A DNA stretch of 64,000 nt from Azolla caroliniana (Eukaryota; Plantae; Polypodiophyta), in assembly GCA_043228905.1 (NCBI GenBank), contig JBHGNT010000004.1:3038001-3102000 (forward strand), in the 5' to 3' direction. Position numbers and translations under genes: made by a program. Shown here piece after piece: positions 25,843-39,302 of the stretch. The notes below the pieces were generated by a model that saw only the letters and a list, made by a program, of their open reading frames with translations, was not told where the DNA came from and ran no database searches. Position 1 is the first letter of the stretch; every line of letters begins with the position of its first letter.

Positions 25843-28766
25843 TCAAAGTCTGAAGTAACCCCCATGCCCCCGCAAACTTGGTTTTCTGGGCCATTTGATT
25901 GATTTCTTCGTGCTCAGCCATCTCTTTCTCACAGCTTGATTCAGTTGCCAAGTCTTGACATAATTATAGAGTGGCGCTGTCCAGAAGCATGCAAGAAGAA
26001 GTATCAAGATAACAGCACATAACATTAAAACGTTCCAGAACCCATTCTTCTCCTCCGAAGAAAACTTCTGTTCAGACCATGGAATACCTCCCACATTCAT
26101 CCCAAAGGCTGCAAAAGTAACAAGAATTCAAGCGATAAAGCATAACCTTCTCCATTTTCTCTATCAACTCCTATATTCTAAATTTTAATGGAACCCATCA
26201 ACCAAGAATTCTGATACATTTTCTACATGCAGGATTGATATTTGTTGCTGATCCAATGGAGCTCATCTAAACCCACGTTAGATCTAGCATATAAAATCTA
26301 CGGAGGGGAATGAATATATCACATAATGAATTGACAAGTATCAAATTCATATAAACCAAAATTTTAAAACTATCAAATTCTGTGTAAAACAAGACGCCTG
26401 AATTTCATACAATGATACAAAATACCCAATTTCAAGTGATCTTCTCTAGGTTCTACAGCCTCTACTTTCTTAATATCTTGATGTGGAATGGTCATGATAG
26501 ATCCAAACTCCAAAGATAAAGAATGTAATTTCGCTTACTATTGATATTAAAGGACTGATTGAAGAACCTACCTATTCACATGCGCAGCAAAAGCTTTCTC
26601 TTGCTTGGCTGGCTTTTACTCTTAGGTCGGTATTTTAAACCTTAATAACAAGGCAACAATTTTTAAAGGAGGCAGCCAATGCATTGAATTGCATTTTTGT
26701 GAGGATATGTGCACCATATTCATCTTAGATTCTTCTTTTTTCTCATGGTACAAAAATGCATACATTTCAAACAAACCAAATAAAAAGGTGATTGTTATGT
26801 GAGCTCAGAAAAACAAAGTAAAGTATTCACCAGCAGTCACTATGGATAGTGGAAGAAAGATAATGGAGAGGAAGGAAAGGTAGTACAACTTCTTGTTGAT
26901 TTGCTCAGATTGCCAACTATCTAGACCAGCCTGAAGTGCTGTTATCCGGTTGGCGAGAAACCCTAAATTTTCTTTCAGTTTCTGAAGATGCCCTACTAAT
27001 GTATCAATCATCTTCATATCATCGAGAGTAAGCCATGTCTTTCCAGCACATTTGTCCTTCACTCTTGGAAAAACTTGCTCTCCATGTGCAATCACCTGTG
27101 TATCCACCAAGACATTTTGAACTCTTACCTAGAAGAGAATAATATGCCATGCCATGAGAATGACCCTCTACGAGCCATGACTTGAGAGTCAACGACCTTG
27201 ATTAGGAGTCAATTTGAGGTATGGTGTTCATTGACTCCTAATATCAGGGTTATGTGTGTGACTGTAGTATTGTGTACACATACATAACCTTGATTAGGAG
27301 TCAATTTGAGGTATGGCGTTCATTGACTCCTAATATCAGGGTTATGTGTGTGACTGTAACCACCATTCCCAACCTGGGTTAAAAACTAATTCCATTGGTA
27401 CAAACATGTAATTTCTAGCACAGTGTAATACCTGAAGAAGACGTTGAAGATCCAGATGCATCCGGGGGAAATAGCGATCGTCCAGCATCTTTTGCTTCAT
27501 GATGTAATCCCCTATGATAGGCATAAATCAGGTTGCATACATTATGAACGAAGTGATACAAAAAACACGGGTATTCTTGATACAGATTTAACCTTGATTA
27601 GGATTTTGGGTTCAATGTTAAGGATAGAGATCCATATATCATGGGCCTAGTGTAGAGACCATCGCTACCTAGATTGTGCCCATGGACAAACAAACACATC
27701 CTTGAATGTGCGTAGGTGTATGATCCTTTGGCATTAATAGTGTGACTTATCCGCACATAATAAGAGTCAAGATTAAGGTTATAGATACATAAACCCAGTG
27801 TGGAGACCAATCTGGATTGTATCCATGGACAAAGAAAAGCCATGATCTGGATGCAAAAGGGAATACATATCCCTAGCTTGAATATTGACTCCCTAATCAT
27901 CAGGGTTACATTGTGAGCATATATACCAATGTGTGGCGAGCATTACCATTATCAAGCTCAAGTTCGACCTCATCGAGATCCATTTCAAGCCGACTGGCCA
28001 CATCTTGCAAATGATCGACATGGGCATCGATGAGGTGTACAAGAAGGTTGGAAACACAGGAGGGAACAGGGGAATCTATCGCCTGATCCGTAATATGGTG
28101 ATTCATAGTGAGAAGAAACTCGAGCATGTGTTCCTGGATATGGGTACCCTGCTCTTTCATCTCTTCTTCCGATTCTTCTCCATCACCATCACTGTCATCA
28201 TGATCCATGGTGGGCTCATTTAGTGTTGGTATTTCAGTGAGCAAGCTTTTCGTCAAAGAAGGTTTGGAGAAACCCAGCCTTGGGATCCGACCGAGAGAAA
28301 CGGTAACAATTGTCCTGTTGTTGACTCGGACAGCGAGTTTGTGTGTATATTTGCTACTTGTGGGTCCTGGAGAATTTACCCGGAAGATGAGAGAGTCACC
28401 GACATGGCCACAGAAGGGCCCGTTGCTGATAAGGGCGAGGATGTCTTGAAGCTTTAATGGAGGGCATAGAGCTTCAATGAGATATTGGGCAGCCGAAGGC
28501 AAGTGAGACAAGGATCGCGGGAGCTCAATATGGTACCATGTGAACGATGATGAAGAGGTGGTGGTGGTGGTGGTAATTGTATGCTCAACACCATTGCCAT
28601 TGCCATTGTTACTGCTACTGTTACTGTCATGTGAATGTGATAGTTGCTGTTGTGGGAGGTCCCATTCGTTGTGAAGGAAGACATTTCCGAGGCCATCGAA
28701 TGTGTATGCGGTTCTTTTGAGAACAGGGTAGCTTCGCAGATTCGGATCTGATCCCAATCTGCCCAT
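25843..28766 (-). CDS. CorA-like (ZntB-type) divalent cation transporter
   Basis: Exons 28766-27947, 27511-27432, 27095-26831 and 26108-25843, all GT-AG. Has SEQINKKLYYLSFLSIIFLPLSIVTAAFGMNVGGIPW (CorA GMN signature) and a second TM helix. Confidence 0.93.
27590..27908. mobile_element. Probable MITE in CorA intron 1, with two short relatives in intron 2 (~27196-27252, ~27286-27343)
   Basis: Ends ACCTTGATTAGGA and TTGACTCCCTAATCATCAGGGTT are imperfect inverted repeats. The same termini bound the short hairpin copies. Confidence 0.55.
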
Positions 28767-29086
28767 TTCAGAAACAGAGAAGTAAGCTGATCTCTCCCAA
28801 CCTATCTCTTCTCTGCTGATTCTGGCTCTGCTTCTCCTTCTTCCTTCTTCTGCAAATTTCTGTCCTGAATGGCTCCTCTCTCTTTATTTCTTGAGGGTTT
28901 CTTCTTCCTCCTCGTTCCTTTTCTTGAGAGAGAGAGAGAGAGAGAGAGATGCTTTTCAGTCTGTCTTGTTTTTCTTATTTCTGTGTTTCTTCTGTCGGAA
29001 AGAGGGCGTCAAGTTTGTTGTTAAAAATCACACAAGTCAAAAAAAAACGAATAAAATTTATATGAGACTGGATTGTATGTGTGTAT

Positions 29087-29090
<4 letters not shown>

Positions 29091-29137
<47 letters not shown>

Positions 29138-29193
29138 GGAGACCAAGAGGTCATGGGTTCAACCCCTACATTCCACAACGGCATCTAATGAAT

Positions 29194-29232
<39 letters not shown>

Positions 29233-29290
29233 GGAGACCAAGAGGTCATGGGTTCAACCCCTACATTCCACAACGGCATCTAATGAATTA
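29091..29290 (+). repeat. Two tandem units of (GA)n plus a tRNA-like 3' half
   Basis: AAATGGAGACCAAGAGGTCATGGGTTCAACCCCTACATTCCACAACGGCATCTAATGAATT occurs twice, each time preceded by (GA)n. Confidence 0.85.
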
Positions 29291-29514
29291 AGAGATATGT
29301 ATTCTATGAAGTATATATATAATAGAGAGGTGAGAAATTTGGGCTTCAAACCCAAGACACAATGCTAAAAGTGTAACAAACTTTCCACTAGGGTAAGATG
29401 AGAGACAGAGCGGGTAACATGTGTGTGTGAGAGAGAGAGAGATGGTGGATAAAACAAACACCACGGAATGAATGGAAGAAGAACCGGAATAGGAGTAAAA
29501 ATTGAGCGGGTAAC

Positions 29515-29559
<45 letters not shown>

Positions 29560-32500
29560 GGTGGATAAAACAAACACCACGGAATGAATGGAAGAACCGG
29601 AATAGGAGTAAAAATTTTGAATCTTGACATGAAGGGGAGAGACAGATAGGCATACAAACAGACAAAGATGCTTTTCATATCCACAAAGAGACCGATTTGT
29701 GGTCTATGACGTACGTCGAGACGGTTGGTAAGGTTGTTGGACAGAGATCTAAAGGTCGTGTGTTCAAACCTTGTGACTTCGCAAGGGCATCTAGTCGATT
29801 GCTAAAAATATATGTATGCTACCATAAAGATGGTTGAAAATCACACTTTGAACTTTGAGCCTTGTTTTGATAACCCAATAGCTAACCTTTAGGACAAGTT
29901 AATGATGAATTAGTCCAATAGCTTATAGTCCATTAGTATAAGTTTATTACAAAAACAAAACATTAATACTCCTCCATAATGGATGCACCTTGGAGAGTTG
30001 GTGGATTCATCAATGTCGATATGTAATGTAAGTCACAATTGCGTTGACTAAAAGAAACCACATAAAATGTTACTTCAATTTTCCAACTCAAAATAACAAA
30101 TATGCCCTTTATGTGTAGGATCATATATGTATTGACAGTTAATTCCTTCTCAATGTCATTTGCGGAGCTTGAACCGGCATATACTCGCTTGATGGCGAAT
30201 CAAGCGAATGTGGTGGTTGAGCACCTTCGAGCCTCACACTCGCTTAACAATTAAACAATGATTTAGAACAATGTGTATATCTCTCACACTCGCTCTCATG
30301 GACAATAGAAGTTAAAAACATCTTTAATTAACCCATTTGCTAAGAGGTCTAGCACCAACAAGGAAGAGAGATTAATGTCTCTCTACTAAACACTATCACT
30401 AATCTCTCTTAAGCTTAAAGGTTACAAGAAGAGGACATGAAACTTGAGCTTTTGATCACTAGGGAGATCTTTACAAATGGAAGAACCCTTACAAATACAC
30501 CATAATGTGCTTTATAAGGTTTTACATTTAGGGTGTGGCCCTTTCACACTTGGCCACCTATTAGCTTCCCTCTCCTTTGATTGGTTCTTACTACTTCCTC
30601 TTCATGGGCCCTTTAATCATACAATGTCCTTCTTGATGCACCCTTCTTCACGACCAATCATGATGTGATCCGAGCTCTTAACACTTTATCACATGAAACA
30701 AGCAAGAGAAGTACATTAAACTTTTAACTTGTTGATGGGAAATATTTGTGATATAAACTTCTTCAACTAAAATAAAAAAAATAGAATTTGTGGTATTATC
30801 TCATCCCATTAGTAAATCAATATTGTCTCAATATTTTATTAATATATTTTCCTTTGTTTTTACAAAAGAAGTTCAATAATATTAAGAGTGTGTGTGAAGA
30901 TGGGTCACATTTGCATCTCATTCTATGTGTAAATAAAGCAGAGAATACATAAAAGTATTGTATCCAAGTTTCTTGATATAGATTATATTTGCAATTTCTC
31001 AAATAAAACATGTAGATATATTATCGTGATTTTTTCTTAATATCATAACTAGACCAAGGGGAGCAATAATGTACTTGAAGCTCTATTTTGAGTAGTGACT
31101 TTTAAATGAGGATCGTGGAACCCTCCTCATGATAAGTACTTGAAGCATTCTCTCAAATCCTCAACGCAATTGGTAACAAACATGCATGCAATGCTTTGTA
31201 AACTTGCATGGCATGCATATGGATAAACTACCTTTTTGTTGTTGTTTCGATATGTATGGCTTTAGTTGTTAACTAGTCAAACGTGAATTGGGTGGTAAAA
31301 ATGTTAGAATACTAAGGTTGATAAGGCTATCATACTCACTTTCTCCAGCTCTCCCTTGATTATTTCATCGTCCTCCACAGAGACACGGGTACAAATCTTA
31401 TGCATGGATAGCTAATAACAAGCCAAGCTAGCCATGTGATAAGAATAAAGTAAATGGAACATCACATTTTGTAGATGTGTTGTATATTTTGATATTCAAG
31501 GCATATGAGGTTGTCTATGTCAAAAGGAGTTTGGTTAATTGCATTATCTTGTGATTGAATCTGTGTATCATGGACCTTCAAAGGTGTACATATTGAAAGA
31601 TAGATCACAATCATACCCATTGGAATAACATGGAGTCATCAACCTTTACTTGTGTCACCATGCATTTGCACCATCTCATGATTGAATATATGTAACATGG
31701 AGCTTCGTAGGTGTAGATAAGCTATATTGAAAGAACACATGGTCATGGACCTTTACGTTTGTCATTACATACTACATGCCCCACAACTTGGTGAAACCCA
31801 AACAAAGTACATGGAAGGCATAATAGTTTTTACCTAAATGGATCATCTTGGATAGACCTAAAAATTCTATAGCTAAGAGCCACTCTCATACCATATGGAA
31901 CAAAAATGAGACACCCTTTCCATAAACATGCACAAGTAATAACTAGGAAACATCATATACTTCAATTGAGACTTCTCAAGTACAATAATACGATTGAGAC
32001 AAGGAAAATTGGGAGTGGTCAATCTAATCAAAACTATCTTCTTGCTCCTGAACTTTATTTAGCATTTGTTAATTTTTTAATCTTGAAACAAGCAAACAAG
32101 CTATAGGATGTCGATTGTTATAGTCTTGGTGGCCCATCTAGAGATGTTGATATGTATGTATCTTCTTGGTGTTCTTTGATAGGGTAAGCTTTTAATAAAA
32201 AATTGATTACTTTACTATCGCTTCAGGTTATTAGGTGTAAACGATAAAGTTATTTTTTCCAAAAGTATTCTTGGTGACGATGATTATTACTCATTAGCAT
32301 AAAGAGAAAGACGATGAACCGTTGTGCAAGCTACAAAAAGTAGTCTTGCTTTTCATCCGTATATGTATAAAGGGGAGATGGTGATAATTTATTCTCATTT
32401 AATATTCATCATTTTCCCGATGGTTAAGCCAAAAAGGTGGCATGATTGTTAAGAATGCTAAGTTGTCCTCATTTATCACACAACATTTTAGAAGATCTCA

Positions 32501-32844
32501 AAAAGACCACAATTCTTGACTATGCTATTGACATATAAAATACGATTAGTAATGTAAATGTGTATGTAAATACAAATGTTTCACCATTATCTTGGAAATT
32601 TCATTCAATATCAAACTGAATAGCGTTCCAAATGTGCATTTATGCAAGTAGCATATATATTGAACCGTTGAAGCTTTGAAGTTTTGATGATGATTTGTCC
32701 CATGGGCAAATGTGGTTCCCCCCATAAAATTAGCATTTGTGTTGATTGATGTGTCCATGATTGGTTAATGAGTTGATGATCATCTACGTATTTGTCTGGG
32801 CACCGATTCATGTTTTATTTATGTCCATGTATATATATGCTTTG

Positions 32845-32880
<36 letters not shown>

Positions 32881-33917
32881 ACACACACACACATATCAAC
32901 CAACTTGTTTTACTATATTGAGGTTGGATTATAAAAGCAAATGAAATACTTGAGCGAGCTAACTTCTCGTATCATGTAGCCTCATAATGTGATATTTGGT
33001 GCAAGCACGTGCCGTATAATTCCTGTTATTGAAGCTTGGGTCCACGATACTTTGTTCTTGGCATTTTCGGAGATTAGTCAACGTAGATGAGTAATGTGTG
33101 AATTGTCATGTATTTTGAACCATTTAGAAAACAAATAGCCATCTCACATTTGCCTTTGACTCTTAAGGCATTTGCCTTTCTAACATAGCTTCCTTTGTCA
33201 CATTCCAAATCCATATATCTTAAAAAGAGTAAATTATGTGTGGGCATTTTGTATCTTATGTCTATTTATTTATTTATTTTAAAAAAAACATATCCTTCCA
33301 TTAGTTTAAAAAACCATATCAACTACAAAATACAAAATGATGGAAAGGAGATGATTATCCTTCCCCAACCCGTCTTGTGTAAGACACTAGCTAGCCATGA
33401 ATCCTTCTTTTGGTAGACTTGATTGAACACTTCTTCAATAGTTGAAACATACCATGAATTTGCCATATGTTCAAACCAAATCAATCTTCCTCATCATGTT
33501 TATATTCAACATCTCCCAATACCACCTTTGGGTCATCGCATGCATCCAATATACCCCCACATTTACAAATTATGACCAAGCATCCTCTATTTTCCATATT
33601 CAACGTAAAACTCAATCAAAGCATTATGGTATAGAGGTCATTTTGTATGTCTCGATCCATGATTCTAGCATGTATAAACATGCCGTCATGTACAACCATG
33701 TGATCAACACCCACTTTAAGGGATCTCAACCCTTCAAACAGTTTATATGTATCTGATAACCTTCCACATGTTGCCTGCAAATCAACAATGCTTCATGACA
33801 CCATCCATCACATAAAAAGAAACAGACTTCTTCCGAATGCATACATAAGAGCATCCCCCTCCACCTATTTCAATGAATCCATCCATGTTTCAATAACAAT
33901 TAACATATCCCCATGTT

Positions 33918-34615
33918 TCATATCGGTGGAGGAAATACCCAGAGAGGTGGCTGATACCTCCAACATATACAAGAATTAACCATATAAAATACATTCATCC
34001 TTTCCCATGTCTTCTTAAAAACCTCTTTCTTTCGAAGGACTACATCTGAATCACCCTTGATAGCATCATACTCTCCTTTTAGTGTATGCACCAAGGTCAA
34101 CCAAATCTCCTTGATTACCTCCACAACATTCCATTGAATTTGTTGAAATATCCTTCGACATCTACTAGTCCACAAAACCCACAACATTATGGAACTAATA
34201 GTCTCCCAAACCACCCCATTTTGTATTGAATTACTATGCATACACGGCAACACTTCCTCAACATATCAACCTCTTGTACGTAATGCAAAGGTAACCTTTT
34301 CTTGTTCATAATCTTGTACCTTACCCTTAATAGCAGCCTACATCACTGCTCCCCATTTATATACTCTAGAGCCATATACATCATGCAATAAACGTAATAT
34401 CCTTTTTCCAAACCAATTTAGCCACCATACATGACCATAATAAGTGACGAAGAGACTCCATCTCTAATCCACAAAAATCACACATTTTATCTGCATCCTT
34501 ACAATGCATCCAAACCCTAATAGGAACCGCATAATGAACAATCAACCATCTAAATAAAATAATCTTCTTTGGAATTTGCATAGCCCATAGCCATTTCCAA
34601 AATGTTTTCAAATAA
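33918..34615 (-). mobile_element. L1 LINE ORF2 3' remnant (zf-RVT region)
   Basis: FWKWLWAMQIPKKIILFRW...CDFCGLEMESLRHLLWSC and LWVLWTSRCRRIF are typical of the plant L1 C-terminus; the frame is broken. Confidence 0.85.
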
Positions 34616-35678
34616 GTAGAATCTTATGTCTATTTATGTTATAGGTATACTTTATAACCTACAAACCAATTCTACAACAAATTTCAATGGGTCAAGGGTA
34701 GGATAATTGGGAAAGGAATTGGGACAAGTGGTGATTTGGAAACTTCTAGTGTTGGGCTATATAAGGGGGGCTAGTTACCCCCTTCATTACAACATGTTGA
34801 GATGTTATCGAGACTTTGTTGGAGAGGCTAAGATCTCTTCTTCGAATCGAATATTCAATTGCCAAGGTATAGCATAAGGTAATGTTTGGTGGTATGGAAC
34901 ACCAATGATATTTTACATTTGTCTCATGTTCCTTAATCCTTATTCTCCCCAATGTCTTATTTAGTTGTTCGTGATTATTTGATGCATAATCATTTTGTCA
35001 TGGAAAGTTAACAATTCATGGGAGTTTCAATTTGTGACTTATACACATGAGATAGAGGGCTTACATAATTCTCTCCTTGTAATGTGTATGTATGTATGCC
35101 CAAAATATAATGTCCTTTTGTTCGTTCTTAATTATCTCCAAATTTCAAAGAATTTATTAATGACACGAAGGAAATTAGATGATATTGAAGGAATGATAGT
35201 GTCGTGACTTGAGAATAGGAGAGAGAAAAATAAGATGACAGTAGAAGGTAGAGGGGGGGGGGGGGGGGGGGAGAGAGAGAGAGAGAGAGAGAAAGAACAC
35301 TAGAAATGGAAAGAGAGTTTATATTATAAGAGAGCAAGGATTACAAAGAGTAGGCTAAGGGGCTATAAACTGGTGTTGAACCGAATGAGTTGTGATGAAT
35401 GAATAGACACCTATTTATAGGTCCTTATGGAGTATTCTAGAATGTTCTAGAATATTTTAGATATTTATGATATTTAATATAATCATGGAATATCCTAGAA
35501 TACTCTAGATTGTTCTGGAATACTCTAGAATGTTCTAGAATACTCTAAATGTCTTGTAATAACTAATAATACATTTATTATAATTATACATCATATATGT
35601 TAGTATAATGGTTAAAGGTCTAACATATAGATTAAGACGTCTTGGGCTCGAATCCTTGTAAGGCCAAAATGTATGTTG

Positions 35679-38600
35679 TCATGACATTATCCCCCCTTCT
35701 CGATGACGAGTTCCACGAGTCGGAAGACAAGATTTCGGACTTGGCTTATGAGGATATTTGTTGTGAAATGCAGCAACCATTTCGGAGGCATTAGCAAGAT
35801 TCTCAAGAGGTTCCCATGTTCGATCATTAGGTGTATAACCTAACCAGTCAACCAAATAATATAGTTTGTTGCGAACAATCTTGGAGTTGAGAATGACAAC
35901 AACTTCATATTCGGAGCCATCCGAAACTTCGATTGGAGGTGGGGGAGATGTACGACAGCCGGGAATAGAGCTGGTTGTGTACGGCTCTAAAAGTGAAACA
36001 TGGAAGATCGGGTGAAGATGCATATGAGGGGGAAGATCAAGGCGAAATGCCACATCATTGATCTTACCAGATATCACATATGGGCCAAAACGTTGATAAT
36101 CCAATTTACAGCAAGGTCGGGTTGTTTTAATGCGACCTTGTAAAAGCCATACTCGATCCCCCACTTGAAACGTAGTCGATGAATCACGTCGATGATGGTC
36201 GGCAACCTTCTTTTGAGTGTTTTGAGCATCACATAAATGGTGCAAAAGGATATCTTGAACTTCTTGGAGTCGGGTGAGCCGATCTTCAGCAGCCGGGTTT
36301 GTCGAGAGTTCGGGATGTTCAAGCATAGTCCAATGAGGATGGTACCCAATGTTTGCAAAAAATGGGGAATATCCAGTAGAAGAATGTTCCGCCAAATGTA
36401 ATAGATCAACCCAATCATCTTGTTGATAGTTGACAAAACAACGAAGATATTGTTCTATTGTTTGGTTGGTGCACTCACTCTGTCCGTTAGTTTCTGGATG
36501 GTAGCTGGAAGAGAGTTTGCAAGAAGTATGTAAGAGTTTGAACATGTGCCACCAAAATTTTGAGATGAAATGGGGACCCCGATCACTAATAATATCATCA
36601 GGAAGACCATGATGCCGAAACACCTCTCGTATGAGTAACTCGGCTGTCTCTTGGCTCGTAATGGCCTTTGTACAGGGAAGAAAATGTGCCATCTTGGTAA
36701 AACGATCTACTACCGTGAGAATAGAATCAAAACCCTTGGAAGGTGGTAGATCCGTAATGAAGTCCAATGAAATAGATTTCCATGGACTCTCAGGAATAGG
36801 CATTGGCTGTAATAAGCCATATGGATGATGTCGAGGTTTTTTGGATCGGCAACATGTATCACAACTACGAACATAATCCGTAACAAAATGGCGAAGTCGT
36901 GGCCACCAATACCTTCGAGAAATTAACACCAAAGTCTTGTGGATGCCAAAATGTCCAGCCATTGGTGTATCATGACATTGTTGCAAGACTTGGAGTCGAG
37001 AAGGACCATCGGGCACATATAAGAGATTTTGTCGAAAAAGTAAACCATCATGCCAATTGAACTGGTTGTAGTCTTGACGAGGATTTTGAGATTATGAACA
37101 AAAAGCATGATCTGGGATAATATGGTTCAGAATATCTTGGGTGAATTCATCAGTCTCAATATGCTCCCGAATGGAGTCTAGAAGACTTGAATCCTCGGGT
37201 GTGTCTATAGCATGAAAAGCCATTAGTCGTAGATGGTCAGGACCCAAGAGGATTTGCTTCTGACTTTCAAATGCGGCCTCTCCTGGTTGAAGTTCCATAT
37301 ATGAACGTCGAGATAAAGCATCTGCTTTGCCTTGTTGCGTCCCAGGGCAATATAGAATTACGAAATCAAAATGAGTTAAAAACTGCGCCCAACGAGCTTG
37401 TCGACGACTCAAGTCTCGAGCACTTTGGAAGTACGTTAGATTTTTGTGATCATTATAGACAATGATTTGTTGAGACGAACCCTCCAAAAAATGACGCCAT
37501 TGTTGAAAAGAATCTACAATGGCAAGAAGCTCTTTGTCGTGAATCTCATAGTTGATTTCTGCAGCTTCGAATTTCCGTGAATGAAAAGCCACAGGGTGCA
37601 GTTGGCCATCATTGCTAATCTGGGATAATACGCTTCCTAGTGCGAAGTCAGATGCATCAACTTCCAGTATAAAGCGCTTCGATGGATCAACATGCATCAA
37701 AATTGGTGCGGATGTAAATGCTTGCTTTAATCCTTCAAATGCAGAGTTTGCATTTATACTCCACACAAGTGGTTGATTCTTCTGTGTCAGTTGAGTGAGG
37801 GGCAATACGATCTTTGAATAATCTTTGATGAACTTGCGATAAAAGTTTTCGAACCCTAAAAAACATTGTACATCTCGCACAGACTGTGGTGTTTGCCAAT
37901 CCAAAACTGTTTGAAACTTTGCTGGATCCATAGAGATGCCATGTGAACAGACTATGTACCCCAAAAATTCCACTTGACGCTGGTTAAAGCTGCACTTCTC
38001 CAATTTTGCATAGAGACCATATTCATGCAACCGTTGCAAAGCTTGTCGAATGTGTATATCATGCTCCTCTTGAGTTTTTGAGTAGATCAAGATATCATCT
38101 AGGTAAATTATGACGAAAATATCGAGGAAATCTAGAAAAATGTCATTCGCCATATGTTGGAAAACTGTTGGTGCATTCGTGAGACCAAATGGCATCACTA
38201 TATACTCAAAATGGCCATAGCGAGTACGAAAAGCAATCTTCCATTCATCCCCAGGACGAATTCGATCAAGATTGTAAGCACCTCGAAGATCTAACTTGGC
38301 GAAATACTTAGGTCCATTGAGGCGTTCCAGAAGGCTCAAAATCAATGGTAGAGCATATTGGTTTCGAATAGTTACTTTATTCAATCCTCGATAATCCACG
38401 ACCAGACGAATCGAACCATCTTTCTTCTTAACGAAAAATATGGGTGCACTGGCAGGAGATCTTGAATGCTGGATAAACCCATTCGCCAAGTTCTCATCGA
38501 TATATTCTCGAAGAACCTCTAACTCCGTGGGTGAAAGGTTATAAATTGGCCCCCATGGAGGCTCTTTTCTGGGCTGCAAATCAATCGGGCAATCATATGG

Positions 38601-39302
38601 TCGATGCTTTGGTAGTCTATTGGCCTTCACCTTATCAAAAACATCGGAGAATTCTATATATTTCTTCGGTAGTTGGACCCCCGATTCTTGTGAGCTCGAT
38701 GTGGGAGTTGCTAAAACTGCAAACACCAACATGTCTTCCTTCCGTCCTTCCTCACGTAATTGATGTATAGAGATTGTCGAAATCTTTTGGAATGTCATAT
38801 CCTTTGTTGGAGTTTTAAGAGGCTCAGACTGTATTGTGACTTCTTCAATGGTTCTTTTTCTCCAATCAATAGTTGGGTTATGTAGCTCAAACCATGGAAG
38901 ACCAAGAACTAGGGAGTGCTCTGGACTACTAATGATGTTAAATGAGATGACACTAGCCAAATTGCCTAGGACTACATGAATTGGTTCAGACTCTTCAACT
39001 ATATCACTTGATGTTATGGGGTGTCCATCAATGACTCCGACTGATACTGGGCTTGGGAGCTTATGCAACTGAATATTATGCATTACAGCAAACTCACGAT
39101 CCATGAAACAAGAGTTGGCTCCAAAGTCTAAGAGGGTAGAAGCTGGGACTCGATGGCACCTAGATGTGTTAAGCTCAACTTGTGCAGAGAAAACTCGACT
39201 AACTTGACCGGATGAAATGGAACCACAACTAGGGACGGACGTTACATGCCTAGGGCTGTCCAACCAAATGGCTTCGATTTTGGCCGGACTTACTCGTTTA
39301 AC
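35679..39302 (-). pseudogene. Chromovirus pol (PR-RT-RH-IN-chromodomain), broken near 37092
   Basis: LLDFGA, FAKLDLRGAY, YLDDILI, DASDF, HDTPMAGH..C..C, SDRG, GPY, and YEVVVIL...YLVDWLGY...TWEP. Confidence 0.93.

Noticed and set aside
30250-30682. Possible solo LTR ending ...TTAACA
   Set aside because: No matching TSD or convincing other terminus was found.
32846-32893. (TG)n-(CA)n fold-back
   Set aside because: Ordinary compound microsatellite.
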